A program made the translations under genes and the position numbers. The notes beneath the pieces were generated by a model. The model had not been told where the DNA came from, did no database searches, and saw only the letters and a program-made list of their open reading frames with translations. Below are positions 19,305-28,014 of a stretch of DNA of 29,472 bases, in pieces (position 1 is the stretch's first letter; each line of letters opens with the position of its first letter). This DNA is from Micropepsaceae bacterium (GTDB taxonomy: Bacteria; Pseudomonadota; Alphaproteobacteria; Micropepsales; Micropepsaceae): positions 1 through 29,472 of the forward strand of contig JBKJZU010000523.1 in NCBI GenBank assembly GCA_046715015.1. Reading direction: 5' to 3'.

Positions 19305-19604
19305 ATGACACGAAATTCTTTGGTGAGAATGTTGAGCCTTACGGTCGCTTCGGTTGCCGCGTCGGCCGGACCGAGCGCCGCCAGCGTTATCGCGCGCACG
19401 CCCTCGATCTCCGGAAACGGTTGGGTCGCGATGGGAATTCTCGGCGTCTTCATCGGCGCGATTTATCTGATGATCGCCGGCGCGTTGCATGTCGAACGCA
19501 GGGACGCACGGCTTGGACGCCGCCCGGGCACTAGCGAGCATGGTTGGTTCGGGTTTGCGCAAGACGATGATGATTCGTCCGACCACCACGGGAACGGCAA
19601 CTGA
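19305..19604 (+). CDS. Hypothetical small membrane protein
   Basis: 99 aa: hydrophobic leader, one clear TM (WVAMGILGVFIGAIYLMIAGAL), Asp/His-rich tail DDDDSSDHHGNGN. Confidence 0.6.
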   Translation: MTRNSLVRMLSLTVASVAASAGPSAASVIARTPSISGNGWVAMGILGVFIGAIYLMIAGALHVERRDARLGRRPGTSEHGWFGFAQDDDDSSDHHGNGN

Positions 19605-19617
19605 TTAGAGGTATCGG

Positions 19618-20250
19618 TTATTTCGGTGCGTGATCGCCGTCGCCGTTCGCCGCGTCGGTTTGCGCAGTGGGTGCCGTCGAAACGGCGACGATGGCCTCGC
19701 GCAGCAAGCGCCCGCCGATCATGTAGCCCTCTTGAGCGACCGCAAGTACGGTACCCGGCGGATGCTCGCGGCTCGGCACCTCGGCGACCGCCTGGTGCAG
19801 GTTGGGGTCGAACCGCCGGCCTTGAGCGTCGATGCGCTTGATGCCGTGCCGTTCCAGAATCGTAAACAACTCGCGTTGCGTCGCCTCGATCCCTGTCACG
19901 ACGGATGTAACTTCTTTGGGCATAGCCGCGCGCACATCGGGTTTCAGTGCGTCGAACGCGCGTGAAAAATTGTCGACGACGCTTAAGAGATCGCGCGCGA
20001 ACTTACCGAACGCAAACTGCGCTGCGTCCGCCTTCTCGCGTTCTGCCCGCTTGCGCACGTTCTCCACTTCCGCCACGGCGCGTAGGTAGCGGTCTTTAAG
20101 CTCCGCGACCTCTTGCTGCAGTCCCGCGATCTGCGCGGCCTCGCGCGCGATATCGGCGCTCGTCAGGTCCAGCGTCTCGTCGTTGGCCGGATCGACGGTG
20201 GGGCCCGGATTGGGCTGTGCAGGGTCGTTTCCGTTTCGCGGCTTGTTCAT
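19618..20250 (-). CDS. grpE: Nucleotide exchange factor GrpE
   Basis: YLRAVAEVENVRKR, DLLSVVDNF, FDPNLHQAV, GYMIGGRLLREA. Confidence 0.96.
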   Translation of the reverse strand: MNKPRNGNDPAQPNPGPTVDPANDETLDLTSADIAREAAQIAGLQQEVAELKDRYLRAVAEVENVRKRAEREKADAAQFAFGKFARDLLSVVDNFSRAFDALKPDVRAAMPKEVTSVVTGIEATQRELFTILERHGIKRIDAQGRRFDPNLHQAVAEVPSREHPPGTVLAVAQEGYMIGGRLLREAIVAVSTAPTAQTDAANGDGDHAPK

Positions 20251-20268
20251 CGTCTCAAAGACTTCCGT

Positions 20269-21354
20269 TCATTTCTGCTGACTGATCAACCGGCTGATCA
20301 CGCGAGCGGTGTAGTCGACCATCGGCACGATTCGCGCATAGTTGACGCGGGTCGGACCGATCACGCCGATCACGCCGACGACCCGATGCGATTCATCCGA
20401 ATAGGGCGCTGCGATCACCGACGACCCCGACAACGAGTAAAGATTGTTTTCGGCACCGATAAAGATCCGCACGCCGTCGCCTTGTTTCGCAAGCTCGAGC
20501 AATTGGATCAAGTCGTTCTTGCGGTCGATGTCATCGAACAGCTGTCGGATACGCTCAAGTTCGCCGGTTGCACCGACATCTTCCAGCAACCGCGCCTGGC
20601 CGCGCACGATGAGCGAGGGCGTCGTACTCTGCAACCCGCCCCATTCGGCAAGTCCGGCCTCGACCAGTTTCGCCGCCAGCCCGTCCAGCTCGGCTTTCTG
20701 CGTTGTGAGTTCACCCAAGATTTCGCTGCGCGCTTCTTCCAGCGTTCGCCCGCGCATCCGCGCGCTCAAATAGTTTCCGGCCTCGATGAACGTCGATGGT
20801 GTCAGACCCAAGGGCGTCTCGACGATCCTGTTCTCGACCGACCCGTCTTCGCCGACCATGATGACGAGTGTCCGCTGCGGCGCGAGCGGCACGAACTCGA
20901 CATGCTTCAGCGTGGGATCGCGCTTCGGCGTGACGACCAATCCCGCACACTGGCTCAAACCCGAAAGCATCGCTGACGCTTGCATCAATACGTCGTCGAG
21001 CTTGCGCCCGCTCGCCGCAAGTTGGCCTTCAATTCCTTTGCGCTCCTCCGGCGCCAGATTGCCGACTTCCAGCAATCCGTCGACGAACATGCGAAGCCCA
21101 AGCTGCGTCGGCACGCGCCCGGCACTGGTATGCGGCGCCGCAAGCAGGCCCGCATGCTCCAAGTCCGACATCACGTTGCGGATCGACGCCGGCGACAGGG
21201 TCAAGCTGCCCCGCTGCGCAAGCGTGCGCGAGCCGATCGGCTCGCCCGTCTCCAGATACGATTCGACGATCGTCCGAAAGATGTCGCGCGAGCGCTCTGA
21301 CAGTTCGCCCACTTGCGAAAGCGATGGTATTTTGGAGATAGGCCGTTCGTTCAT
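20269..21354 (-). CDS. hrcA: Heat-inducible transcription repressor HrcA
   Basis: IVESYLETGEPIGSR, SPASIRNVMSDLE, PHTSAGRVPT, IFIGAEN, GVIGPTRVNY. Confidence 0.97.
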   Translation of the reverse strand: MNERPISKIPSLSQVGELSERSRDIFRTIVESYLETGEPIGSRTLAQRGSLTLSPASIRNVMSDLEHAGLLAAPHTSAGRVPTQLGLRMFVDGLLEVGNLAPEERKGIEGQLAASGRKLDDVLMQASAMLSGLSQCAGLVVTPKRDPTLKHVEFVPLAPQRTLVIMVGEDGSVENRIVETPLGLTPSTFIEAGNYLSARMRGRTLEEARSEILGELTTQKAELDGLAAKLVEAGLAEWGGLQSTTPSLIVRGQARLLEDVGATGELERIRQLFDDIDRKNDLIQLLELAKQGDGVRIFIGAENNLYSLSGSSVIAAPYSDESHRVVGVIGVIGPTRVNYARIVPMVDYTARVISRLISQQK

Positions 21355-21453
21355 ACCGCTCGTTTCAGCCAGGAATTCTGCGGCCGTTGCAGGGCCGCAA
21401 GCGCCAGGCTACGTAAAGGCTAAGCCCCCAAACTTCAAGGCAAGGAACTTACC

Positions 21454-22170
21454 ATGCGACCCTCCGGCCGCCGCGCGGACCAGTTGCGCGAAGTCACCCT
21501 GGAACCTGACGTTTCTGCCCACGCGGAAGGCTCGTGCATGGTAAAGTTCGGCCGCACGCACGTGCTGTGCACCGCGTCACTGGAAAACACCGTCCCCCCG
21601 TTCCTCAAGGGCTCAGGCAAAGGTTGGGTCACCGCAGAGTACGGCATGTTGCCCCGCGCGACGGGCGAACGCATGCGCCGCGAGGCCGCTCAAGGCAAGC
21701 AATCCGGACGCACGCTCGAGATCCAACGCTTGATCGGGCGCGCGCTGCGTGCCGTCACCGACCAAAAGGGTTTCGGTGAACGCCAGATCGTCATCGACTG
21801 CGACGTGATTCAAGCCGACGGCGGCACGCGCACCGCAGCCATCACCGGCGCGTTCGTGGCGCTTCACAAATGCTTCCAGATGATGAAGCGCGACGGTCTG
21901 ATCAAAGCGATTCCGCTTAAGGACCATGTCGCGGCCATCTCGTGCGGAATCCATGGTGCCGCCTGCGTGCTCGATCTCGATTACGACGAAGACTCCAGCG
22001 CCGGCACCGACGCGAATTTTGTGATGACGGGTGGCGGCGCGCTGGTCGAAATCCAAGGCACCGCCGAAGGTGAACCGTTCACCGAAGCCGCCTTCCTGGA
22101 ACTGATGGCGCTCGCCCGCAAAGGCATCGGCGAGCTCGTCGATCTACAGCGCGCCGCGATCGATCGCTGA
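21454..22170 (+). CDS. rph: Ribonuclease PH
   Basis: [49 protein letters not shown]. Confidence 0.98.
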   Translation: MRPSGRRADQLREVTLEPDVSAHAEGSCMVKFGRTHVLCTASLENTVPPFLKGSGKGWVTAEYGMLPRATGERMRREAAQGKQSGRTLEIQRLIGRALRAVTDQKGFGERQIVIDCDVIQADGGTRTAAITGAFVALHKCFQMMKRDGLIKAIPLKDHVAAISCGIHGAACVLDLDYDEDSSAGTDANFVMTGGGALVEIQGTAEGEPFTEAAFLELMALARKGIGELVDLQRAAIDR

Positions 22171-22172
22171 CT

Positions 22173-22775
22173 ATGCCGCGCCGTCTCACCGAAAAGCGCC
22201 TCGTCGTCGCAAGCCACAATCAGGGTAAGGTGCGCGAGATAGCGGACCTCATCGCGCCCTTCGCGATCGAAGCGATACCGGCGTCGGCACTGGCACTCGC
22301 CGAACCGGAAGAAACCGAACCGACGTTCGTTGGCAACGCACTCATCAAGGCGCACGCCGCGGCAAGCGCCTCAGGCATGGCAGCCTTGTCCGACGACAGC
22401 GGGCTTTGCGTCGATGCGCTTGACGGTGAGCCCGGCGTTCTTTCGGCACGCTGGGCAGGCCCCCGCAAAGATTTCCGCGATGCGATGCAAAAGGTGCACG
22501 AGCGTCTGCGCGACGGGGGCGCGAAGGACCGCACTGCGCATTTCGTCTGCGCGCTGGCGATCGCGTGGCCCGACGGTCACGCAGAGACGTTCGAAGGCCG
22601 TGTGACGGGGCAACTCGTTTGGCCGCCGCGCGGCACGCTCGGCTTCGGTTACGACCCGATGTTCGTGCCTGAGGGCCACAGCATCACGTTCGGCGAAATG
22701 CGGCCCGCGCAAAAACACGGGATGTCCCACCGCGCCCGCGCCTTCGCAAAGTTCGTGGAGGCCTGCCTTGAGTAA
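22173..22775 (+). CDS. rdgB: dITP/XTP pyrophosphatase RdgB
   Basis: ASHNQGK, DDSGL, GFGYDP, SHR. Confidence 0.96.
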   Translation: MPRRLTEKRLVVASHNQGKVREIADLIAPFAIEAIPASALALAEPEETEPTFVGNALIKAHAAASASGMAALSDDSGLCVDALDGEPGVLSARWAGPRKDFRDAMQKVHERLRDGGAKDRTAHFVCALAIAWPDGHAETFEGRVTGQLVWPPRGTLGFGYDPMFVPEGHSITFGEMRPAQKHGMSHRARAFAKFVEACLE

Positions 22776-23985
22776 CTTTTCCGCCCCCGATTCCTTGTCC
22801 GCCGTAGCCTTGGCGAAGGCGGAAGCGAGGGTGCAGGGGGGCGGTGGTACGCCGCTCGGCCTCTACGTCCATTGGCCGTTCTGCCTCTCGAAATGCCCGT
22901 ACTGCGACTTCAACAGCCACGTCCGTGCCAAGATCGACGACACCGCATGGGCTGATGCGCTCACGCGCGAACTGCAAACGATCGCCGGTCGCTTAGACAC
23001 ACGCCGCCCGCTCGACTCGATCTTTTTCTGCGGCGGCACGCCCTCGTTGATGCCTGGTGCGACCGTCGCCAAAGTCTTAGCTACCGCGGAACAGCTGTTC
23101 GGCTTGACCCCCGGCATCGAGATCACGTTGGAGGCGAACCCGACCAGCGTCGACGCCGCGCGCTTTCGCGACTATCGCGCCGCCGGCGTCAATCGCGTGT
23201 CGCTTGGCGTGCAAGCGTTGAACGACGAAGACCTGCGCGCGCTCGGCCGCCTGCACACGGTCGACGAGGCGCTGCGCGCCGTGGCACTCGCGCAGGCGAC
23301 ATTCCCCCGCGCCTCGTTCGATCTCATCTACGCGCGGCCGCGCCAAACCGCCGAAGCTTGGGACGCCGAACTTGCCCGCGCGCTTGGGCAGGGCTGCACG
23401 CATTATTCGCTCTACCAACTGACCTTCGAAGAGGGCACGCCGTTCCACGCCGCATTGGTGCGCGGGACGATGCGCGAACTCGACACCGATACCGCCGCCT
23501 CGCTCTACGAATTGACGCAAGCGCGGATGAACGCCGCAGGCCTTCCCGCCTACGAAATCTCGAACCACGCAAAGCCCGGCGAGGAATCGCGGCACAACCT
23601 GATCTATTGGCGGTACGGCGACTATCTGGGTGTCGGCCCCGGTGCGCATGGTCGTTTGACTGTCGGCAGCACGAAAATCGCAACGACAATGGAACGCCAA
23701 CCCGAAGCCTGGCTCGCAAGCGTGACGGAATACGGGCACGGCCTCGAACGATGGGAACCGGTTGCGACGCGTGAGCAAGGCACGGAAGCGCTGCTCATGG
23801 GCCTGCGCTTGAGTGAGGGCGTTGACCTTGCACGCATTGAGCGTCTGCTCGCCCACCCGATCCCGCACGCGCGCCTCGCCGCGCTGAACGCACAAGGCCT
23901 GATCGAACGCGCGCCCGATCGGCTACGCACCACGCCGAAAGGGCGCCTGGTGCTGAACGCAATCCTGAAAGAACTCGTCGCCTAG
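22768..23985 (+). CDS. hemW: Radical-SAM heme chaperone HemW
   Basis: [18 protein letters not shown] (CX3CX2C), EANP, HNLIYW (HNxxYW, HemW-type); rph-rdgB-hemW order. TTG start overlaps the rdgB stop. Confidence 0.93.
   Translation: MSNFSAPDSLSAVALAKAEARVQGGGGTPLGLYVHWPFCLSKCPYCDFNSHVRAKIDDTAWADALTRELQTIAGRLDTRRPLDSIFFCGGTPSLMPGATVAKVLATAEQLFGLTPGIEITLEANPTSVDAARFRDYRAAGVNRVSLGVQALNDEDLRALGRLHTVDEALRAVALAQATFPRASFDLIYARPRQTAEAWDAELARALGQGCTHYSLYQLTFEEGTPFHAALVRGTMRELDTDTAASLYELTQARMNAAGLPAYEISNHAKPGEESRHNLIYWRYGDYLGVGPGAHGRLTVGSTKIATTMERQPEAWLASVTEYGHGLERWEPVATREQGTEALLMGLRLSEGVDLARIERLLAHPIPHARLAALNAQGLIERAPDRLRTTPKGRLVLNAILKELVA
22781..22844. repeat. Nested palindromic (REP/RPE-like) element in the hemW 5' end
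   Basis: Inner TCCGCC-GTAGCCTTGGCGAA-GGCGGA (22798-22823) enclosed by CCGCCCCC (22781-22788) and GGGGGCGG (22837-22844). Confidence 0.6.
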
Positions 23986-25220
23986 AAGCCTTGGCTCTGG
24001 AACGTGTTCGACGCGGGGCTGATCACCGTTTGCCCGGCCGCCGTCACTTCCATCACGGCAAGTCCGCGCTCCGTCATGCCGTCGCTGCGGAAACGGAAGA
24101 TGCCGTCGATACCCGCGAACCCGTTCGGATCGCCGATCGTCGCACGCGTGTAGCGCCGCCCCGGCGACCCGGGTGCCAGCGTGGCCGACAATGCGATCGC
24201 GTCATAGGCAAGCGACGCAATCCGTGGCGGCTTCGACCCGTAGAGCTGCTGATAGCGCGTGATGAAGTTCAAGCGCTGTTCCTGCGGCGGCACCGCGTAC
24301 CATCCGCCGTGCAGCGACGGCTCGCTCGCGACTGCCGGATCGTCCCACAAGCCAGTTCCGATGAACTTCACTTTGCGCGACTCGACTTTGTTGACCGCTA
24401 AGATCGGGCCAAGGCTGCGAAGCATCGTCCCGCCTTCCGGCAAAAAGATCGTATCGAAGCCGAGCTTCGCAACGGCTTTCACCGCTGGCTCGAGCGACTG
24501 CGGATTGGCCGGATAGGTTTGGACCGCGACGACCTCGCGCCCGGACTGCGTGACCGATGTGCGGAAAGCCTCTTCGACACGTTGGCCGTACGGCGTCTGC
24601 GGCACCAGCGCGACGAATTTTCCGCGGCCCTTCGAAACGGCGTAGGAAATCACTCGGCTCACCTCTTGTTCCGGCAGGAACGAGAGCAGGAACACGCCGT
24701 CGCCAGCAACCGTGCGGTCGGTCGAAAACGCGATGACCGGAATGTTCTTCGCCCGCGCGATCGGCGCGACGGCGCGCACGTCGTTCGCAAGCAGCGGGCC
24801 TAAGATGATTTCGGCCCCTTTCGCGATCGCGTCGCTCGCCGCCGCGGCGGCGGTTTCCGGCGTCGGTCCCGTATCGCGCGGCATCAGCATCATCGAGCGC
24901 GCGCCCATGTCGAACATCGCCATCTGCGCCGCGTCGAGCATCGACTGCGCGACCGTCCGGGTCTCTTTGGAGGAATGCTTCAGCGGCAGCAGAATGGCGA
25001 TCCGAACCTGTCCGTCGGTCGGCACCGGCGTTGGCGCCGATGGCTGCGGCATAACCGCGGTCGGCCGCGGCACGTCCGTGGTCACCGTCCGCGGCTTGTC
25101 GTCCCCGAACATGCTGCCTTCGCAGCCGCTGAGGGCCACCCCCATCGTCATCAGCACGGCGATCGTCCACAATGCGCGGAGACGACGGGCTGGCCTGGAC
25201 TCGAACAAACGCGATGTCAC
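23982..25220 (-). CDS. Penicillin-binding protein activator, LpoA/LppC-like lipoprotein
   Basis: Lipobox LSGC, Pro/Thr linker, IAILLPL, IILGPL, YGQRV, AYDA, GIDGIFRFRSDG..ERGLAV. GTG 25220 with GAAGGA upstream. Confidence 0.85.
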   Translation of the reverse strand: MTSRLFESRPARRLRALWTIAVLMTMGVALSGCEGSMFGDDKPRTVTTDVPRPTAVMPQPSAPTPVPTDGQVRIAILLPLKHSSKETRTVAQSMLDAAQMAMFDMGARSMMLMPRDTGPTPETAAAAASDAIAKGAEIILGPLLANDVRAVAPIARAKNIPVIAFSTDRTVAGDGVFLLSFLPEQEVSRVISYAVSKGRGKFVALVPQTPYGQRVEEAFRTSVTQSGREVVAVQTYPANPQSLEPAVKAVAKLGFDTIFLPEGGTMLRSLGPILAVNKVESRKVKFIGTGLWDDPAVASEPSLHGGWYAVPPQEQRLNFITRYQQLYGSKPPRIASLAYDAIALSATLAPGSPGRRYTRATIGDPNGFAGIDGIFRFRSDGMTERGLAVMEVTAAGQTVISPASNTFQSQGF

Positions 25221-25251
25221 GGGATGGGCATCCTTCAAAACGGCGGAAAAT

Positions 25252-26142
25252 ATGGGCGGCAAGACTAACGGCGGAGGCAAGCGAAGGCAATCGGACGAGG
25301 CCTTATCCCCAGGGCTCTATCTGGTCGCGACCCCCATCGGCCATGCAAGCGATATCACATTACGCGCGCTTTATGTTCTGAAGCACGCGGACGCGATTTT
25401 CGCGGAAGACACGCGCGTCACGGCAAAGTTGCTCGCGCTGCACGGGCTTTCCCGGCCGATGCACTCCTATCGCGAGCACAACGCCGATCGTGCCGAAACT
25501 GAAATCATTCGTGAGTTGGAAGAAGGTCACGCTGTCGCTCTGGTCAGTGACGCCGGAACGCCGCTCGTCTCCGACCCCGGTCAGCGCCTTGTGGAATCGG
25601 TCGCAGCCAAAGGCCATCCGGTGATCCCGATCCCCGGCCCCTCTGCGGCACTCGCAGCTCTCACCGCCTCGGGCCTCGCCAGCGACAAGTTTCTGTTTGC
25701 GGGCTTCTTGCCGTCGCGTGGCCCCGAACGTCGCCGCGCGATCCGCGACGTCGAGACCGTACCCGCAACGCTGATCTTCTTCGAAGCGCCGAGCCGCCTC
25801 GCCGAAAGCCTGACCGACCTCGCGGCGCTCCTTGGATCAAGGCCCGCGGCAGTCGCGCGCGAACTTACCAAGATGCATGAGGAAGTTCGCCGCGCCACGC
25901 TCGCCGACCTCGCGGCGCACTACGAACAACATCCGGACGTCAAAGGCGAAATCGTGATCGTTGTCGCGCCACCATCGGCCGCCGCGGAAGCCGTCACCGT
26001 CGATAGGCTGGACGCACAACTCGCCGAAGCGCTGAAACGCCATCCGGTGAAAGACGCTGCCGCCATCGTTGCAGCCGCGCTGGGCCTCCCGCGCCGCGAG
26101 GTTTATGCCCGCGCGCTTGAACTGAAGAAGCTGGACGCGTGA
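25252..26142 (+). CDS. rsmI: 16S rRNA (C1402-2'-O)-methyltransferase RsmI
   Basis: LYLVATPIG, AEDTR, VSDAGTPLVSDPG, IPGPSA, FAGFLP, RELTKMHEE, GEIV. Start reset to ATG 25252. Confidence 0.95.
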   Translation: MGGKTNGGGKRRQSDEALSPGLYLVATPIGHASDITLRALYVLKHADAIFAEDTRVTAKLLALHGLSRPMHSYREHNADRAETEIIRELEEGHAVALVSDAGTPLVSDPGQRLVESVAAKGHPVIPIPGPSAALAALTASGLASDKFLFAGFLPSRGPERRRAIRDVETVPATLIFFEAPSRLAESLTDLAALLGSRPAAVARELTKMHEEVRRATLADLAAHYEQHPDVKGEIVIVVAPPSAAAEAVTVDRLDAQLAEALKRHPVKDAAAIVAAALGLPRREVYARALELKKLDA

Positions 26143-26510
26143 GCGTCGAACGTGAAAAAGCCCGCGCCCGTGGCAGGGCCGGCGAGCGGATCGCAACCGC
26201 CTACCTCGCCGCCAAGGGTTACAAAATTTTGAGCCGCCAGTTCCTCGCTCGCGGTGGCGAACTCGACGTCGTGGCGCTCAGCCCTTTCTGGACGGACCGT
26301 ACGCTCGTCTTCGTTGAGGTCCGCGCCCGCGGCACGGTTGAGGCCGCGATCGATTCCGTGGGTGCAACCAAACGTCAGCGCGTCGAAGCCGCCGCAGCCC
26401 AATTTCGTGCTCGAAAGCCAAAATTAAACAAACTACCGCATCGATTTGATCTGGTGTTGCTGGCGCCGGGTCGTTGGCCGCACCACATCATCGACGCCTG
26501 GCGCGTTTGA
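26139..26510 (+). CDS. yraN: YraN family protein (UPF0102)
   Basis: GRAGERIA..YL...GY, GGELDVV, LVFVEVRAR, RFD; GTGA overlap with the rsmI stop. Confidence 0.9.
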   Translation: MSVEREKARARGRAGERIATAYLAAKGYKILSRQFLARGGELDVVALSPFWTDRTLVFVEVRARGTVEAAIDSVGATKRQRVEAAAAQFRARKPKLNKLPHRFDLVLLAPGRWPHHIIDAWRV

Positions 26511-26527
26511 GTCTGTGAGGTGTACCC

Positions 26528-27148
26528 ATGAAACGAATTCTGCTTGCTGTCGCCCTGTGCGCAAGCCTGACCGGCTGCGTCGGCGTTTCGCTGAACACGG
26601 AAGAGCGCTCGTTCTCGAATGCGCTCGGCGACCTGAACGCGCGCACCGATCTGAACGCGCGGCTGCTGGCTCAAGGTCCTGAACTCTACACCAGTGTCGC
26701 GACGTCGGTGATCGAGGGTCGCATACATCTCTCGGGCACGGTGCCAACGAACGAACACCGGCTGACCGCCACCCGCATAGCGTGGGAAACGCCGAACGTG
26801 AAAGAGGTCGTCAACGACATCGAAGTAACGAACGAAGGCGATCTCTTGGACACCGTCCGCGACCGCTGGATCAACACGCAAGTCCGCGCCCGGATTTTGA
26901 GCGACGGAGCGATCAAGGACATCAACTACACGATCAACACGCAAAACCGCACGATCTACATCTTGGGGATCGCGCAGGATCAGACCGAGTTGGACCGCGT
27001 TCTAAATCACGCGCGCTCTATCCCGGAGGCGCGCCGTGTGGTGAACTATGCGCTACTGAAGGGCGACCCGCGCCGCCACGCCTGGCCTGGCGACGGTTTG
27101 AACGCCGAGCTGGCGGAAGCGCCGCCGCAAGAGCAACCGGAATACTGA
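26528..27148 (+). CDS. Dual-BON-domain lipoprotein (DolP/YraP-like)
   Basis: Lipobox LTGC; two BON-like segments (VIEGRIHLSG...VKEVVN and TQNRTIYILG...VVN); acidic tail. Confidence 0.85.
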   Translation: MKRILLAVALCASLTGCVGVSLNTEERSFSNALGDLNARTDLNARLLAQGPELYTSVATSVIEGRIHLSGTVPTNEHRLTATRIAWETPNVKEVVNDIEVTNEGDLLDTVRDRWINTQVRARILSDGAIKDINYTINTQNRTIYILGIAQDQTELDRVLNHARSIPEARRVVNYALLKGDPRRHAWPGDGLNAELAEAPPQEQPEY

Positions 27149-27152
27149 CGGA

Positions 27153-27989
27153 ATGGCCGACGAGAGGACGCAGGAGATCTTAGCCTGGCTCCAGCAAGTG
27201 GGGCAGCGCGAAGACGCCGATGTTCCGATCGCCGAAACCGCACTCAATCTCGCAGCCCTCGATCACTTAGGGCTAGACCTCGCGCCCTACCGCGATCACC
27301 TGCGCCAATTGGCGGACGACGTACGCGAAAGCTACGCCGCCGTACGCCGCGGCATGGCGGAGGTGCCGGCCGCCGCCCGCGCACTGGCTGAGACGATCGG
27401 CGTGCGTCACGGCTATCAAGGCGACAACGCCACGTTCGACGATCCGCAAAACGCAGACCTCATCCGCGTCATCGACCGCAAGCGTGGCCTGCCGGTCTCG
27501 CTCGGCATTCTCTACATCGATCTCGCACACCGCCTGGAAGTGTCCGCGCACGGTTTGAACACGCCCGGCCACTTCCTAATGACGCTGGGCGATGCCGAAC
27601 AGACGCGCGTGATCGATCCGTTCAACGGCGGCGTAATCTTGAACATGGAAGAGCTGCACCCCTGGCCCCAACTTCCCGACGACGACCCCACCAAGTACGG
27701 CCCCGTCGGACGCAGGGACGTGTTGCTTCGCCTCTTGAACAACATCCACTCGCGCGCGCTCGCAGGTAAGGACGCGCTTCGCGCGCTCACGATCGCAGAG
27801 CGCATGGTGCTCATCGCTCCGCGCCGCGCCGACCTCTGGCTCGAACTTTCGAAGGCAAGCGAGACGAGCGGCAAGATGATTGCCGCAATGCGCGCCGCGC
27901 AAAATTGCCTGAACCTCGCCGGCAACGAAGCCCCGCTGGGCCGCCAAGCCGCGTTCGCGCTGCAAGCGCTGAAACTTCGTGTAAACTGA
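27153..27989 (+). CDS. SirB1-like transglutaminase-fold protein with C-terminal TPR-like helices
   Basis: GYQGD..FDDPQNADL.RVIDRKRGLPVSLGILY, PGHF, IDPFNGG, RLLNNI. Confidence 0.82.
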   Translation: MADERTQEILAWLQQVGQREDADVPIAETALNLAALDHLGLDLAPYRDHLRQLADDVRESYAAVRRGMAEVPAAARALAETIGVRHGYQGDNATFDDPQNADLIRVIDRKRGLPVSLGILYIDLAHRLEVSAHGLNTPGHFLMTLGDAEQTRVIDPFNGGVILNMEELHPWPQLPDDDPTKYGPVGRRDVLLRLLNNIHSRALAGKDALRALTIAERMVLIAPRRADLWLELSKASETSGKMIAAMRAAQNCLNLAGNEAPLGRQAAFALQALKLRVN

Positions 27990-28014
27990 GCCTCGAACGC
28001 AATCCCTGGGGCCG

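Noticed and set aside
18421-19620. Possible mobile element or island around the two unrecognised genes
   Set aside because: No transposase, integrase, tRNA, terminal inverted repeats or direct repeats were seen.
24712-25251. 180-aa extension of RsmI
   Set aside because: Antisense to the LpoA-like gene; RsmI motifs start after ATG 25252.
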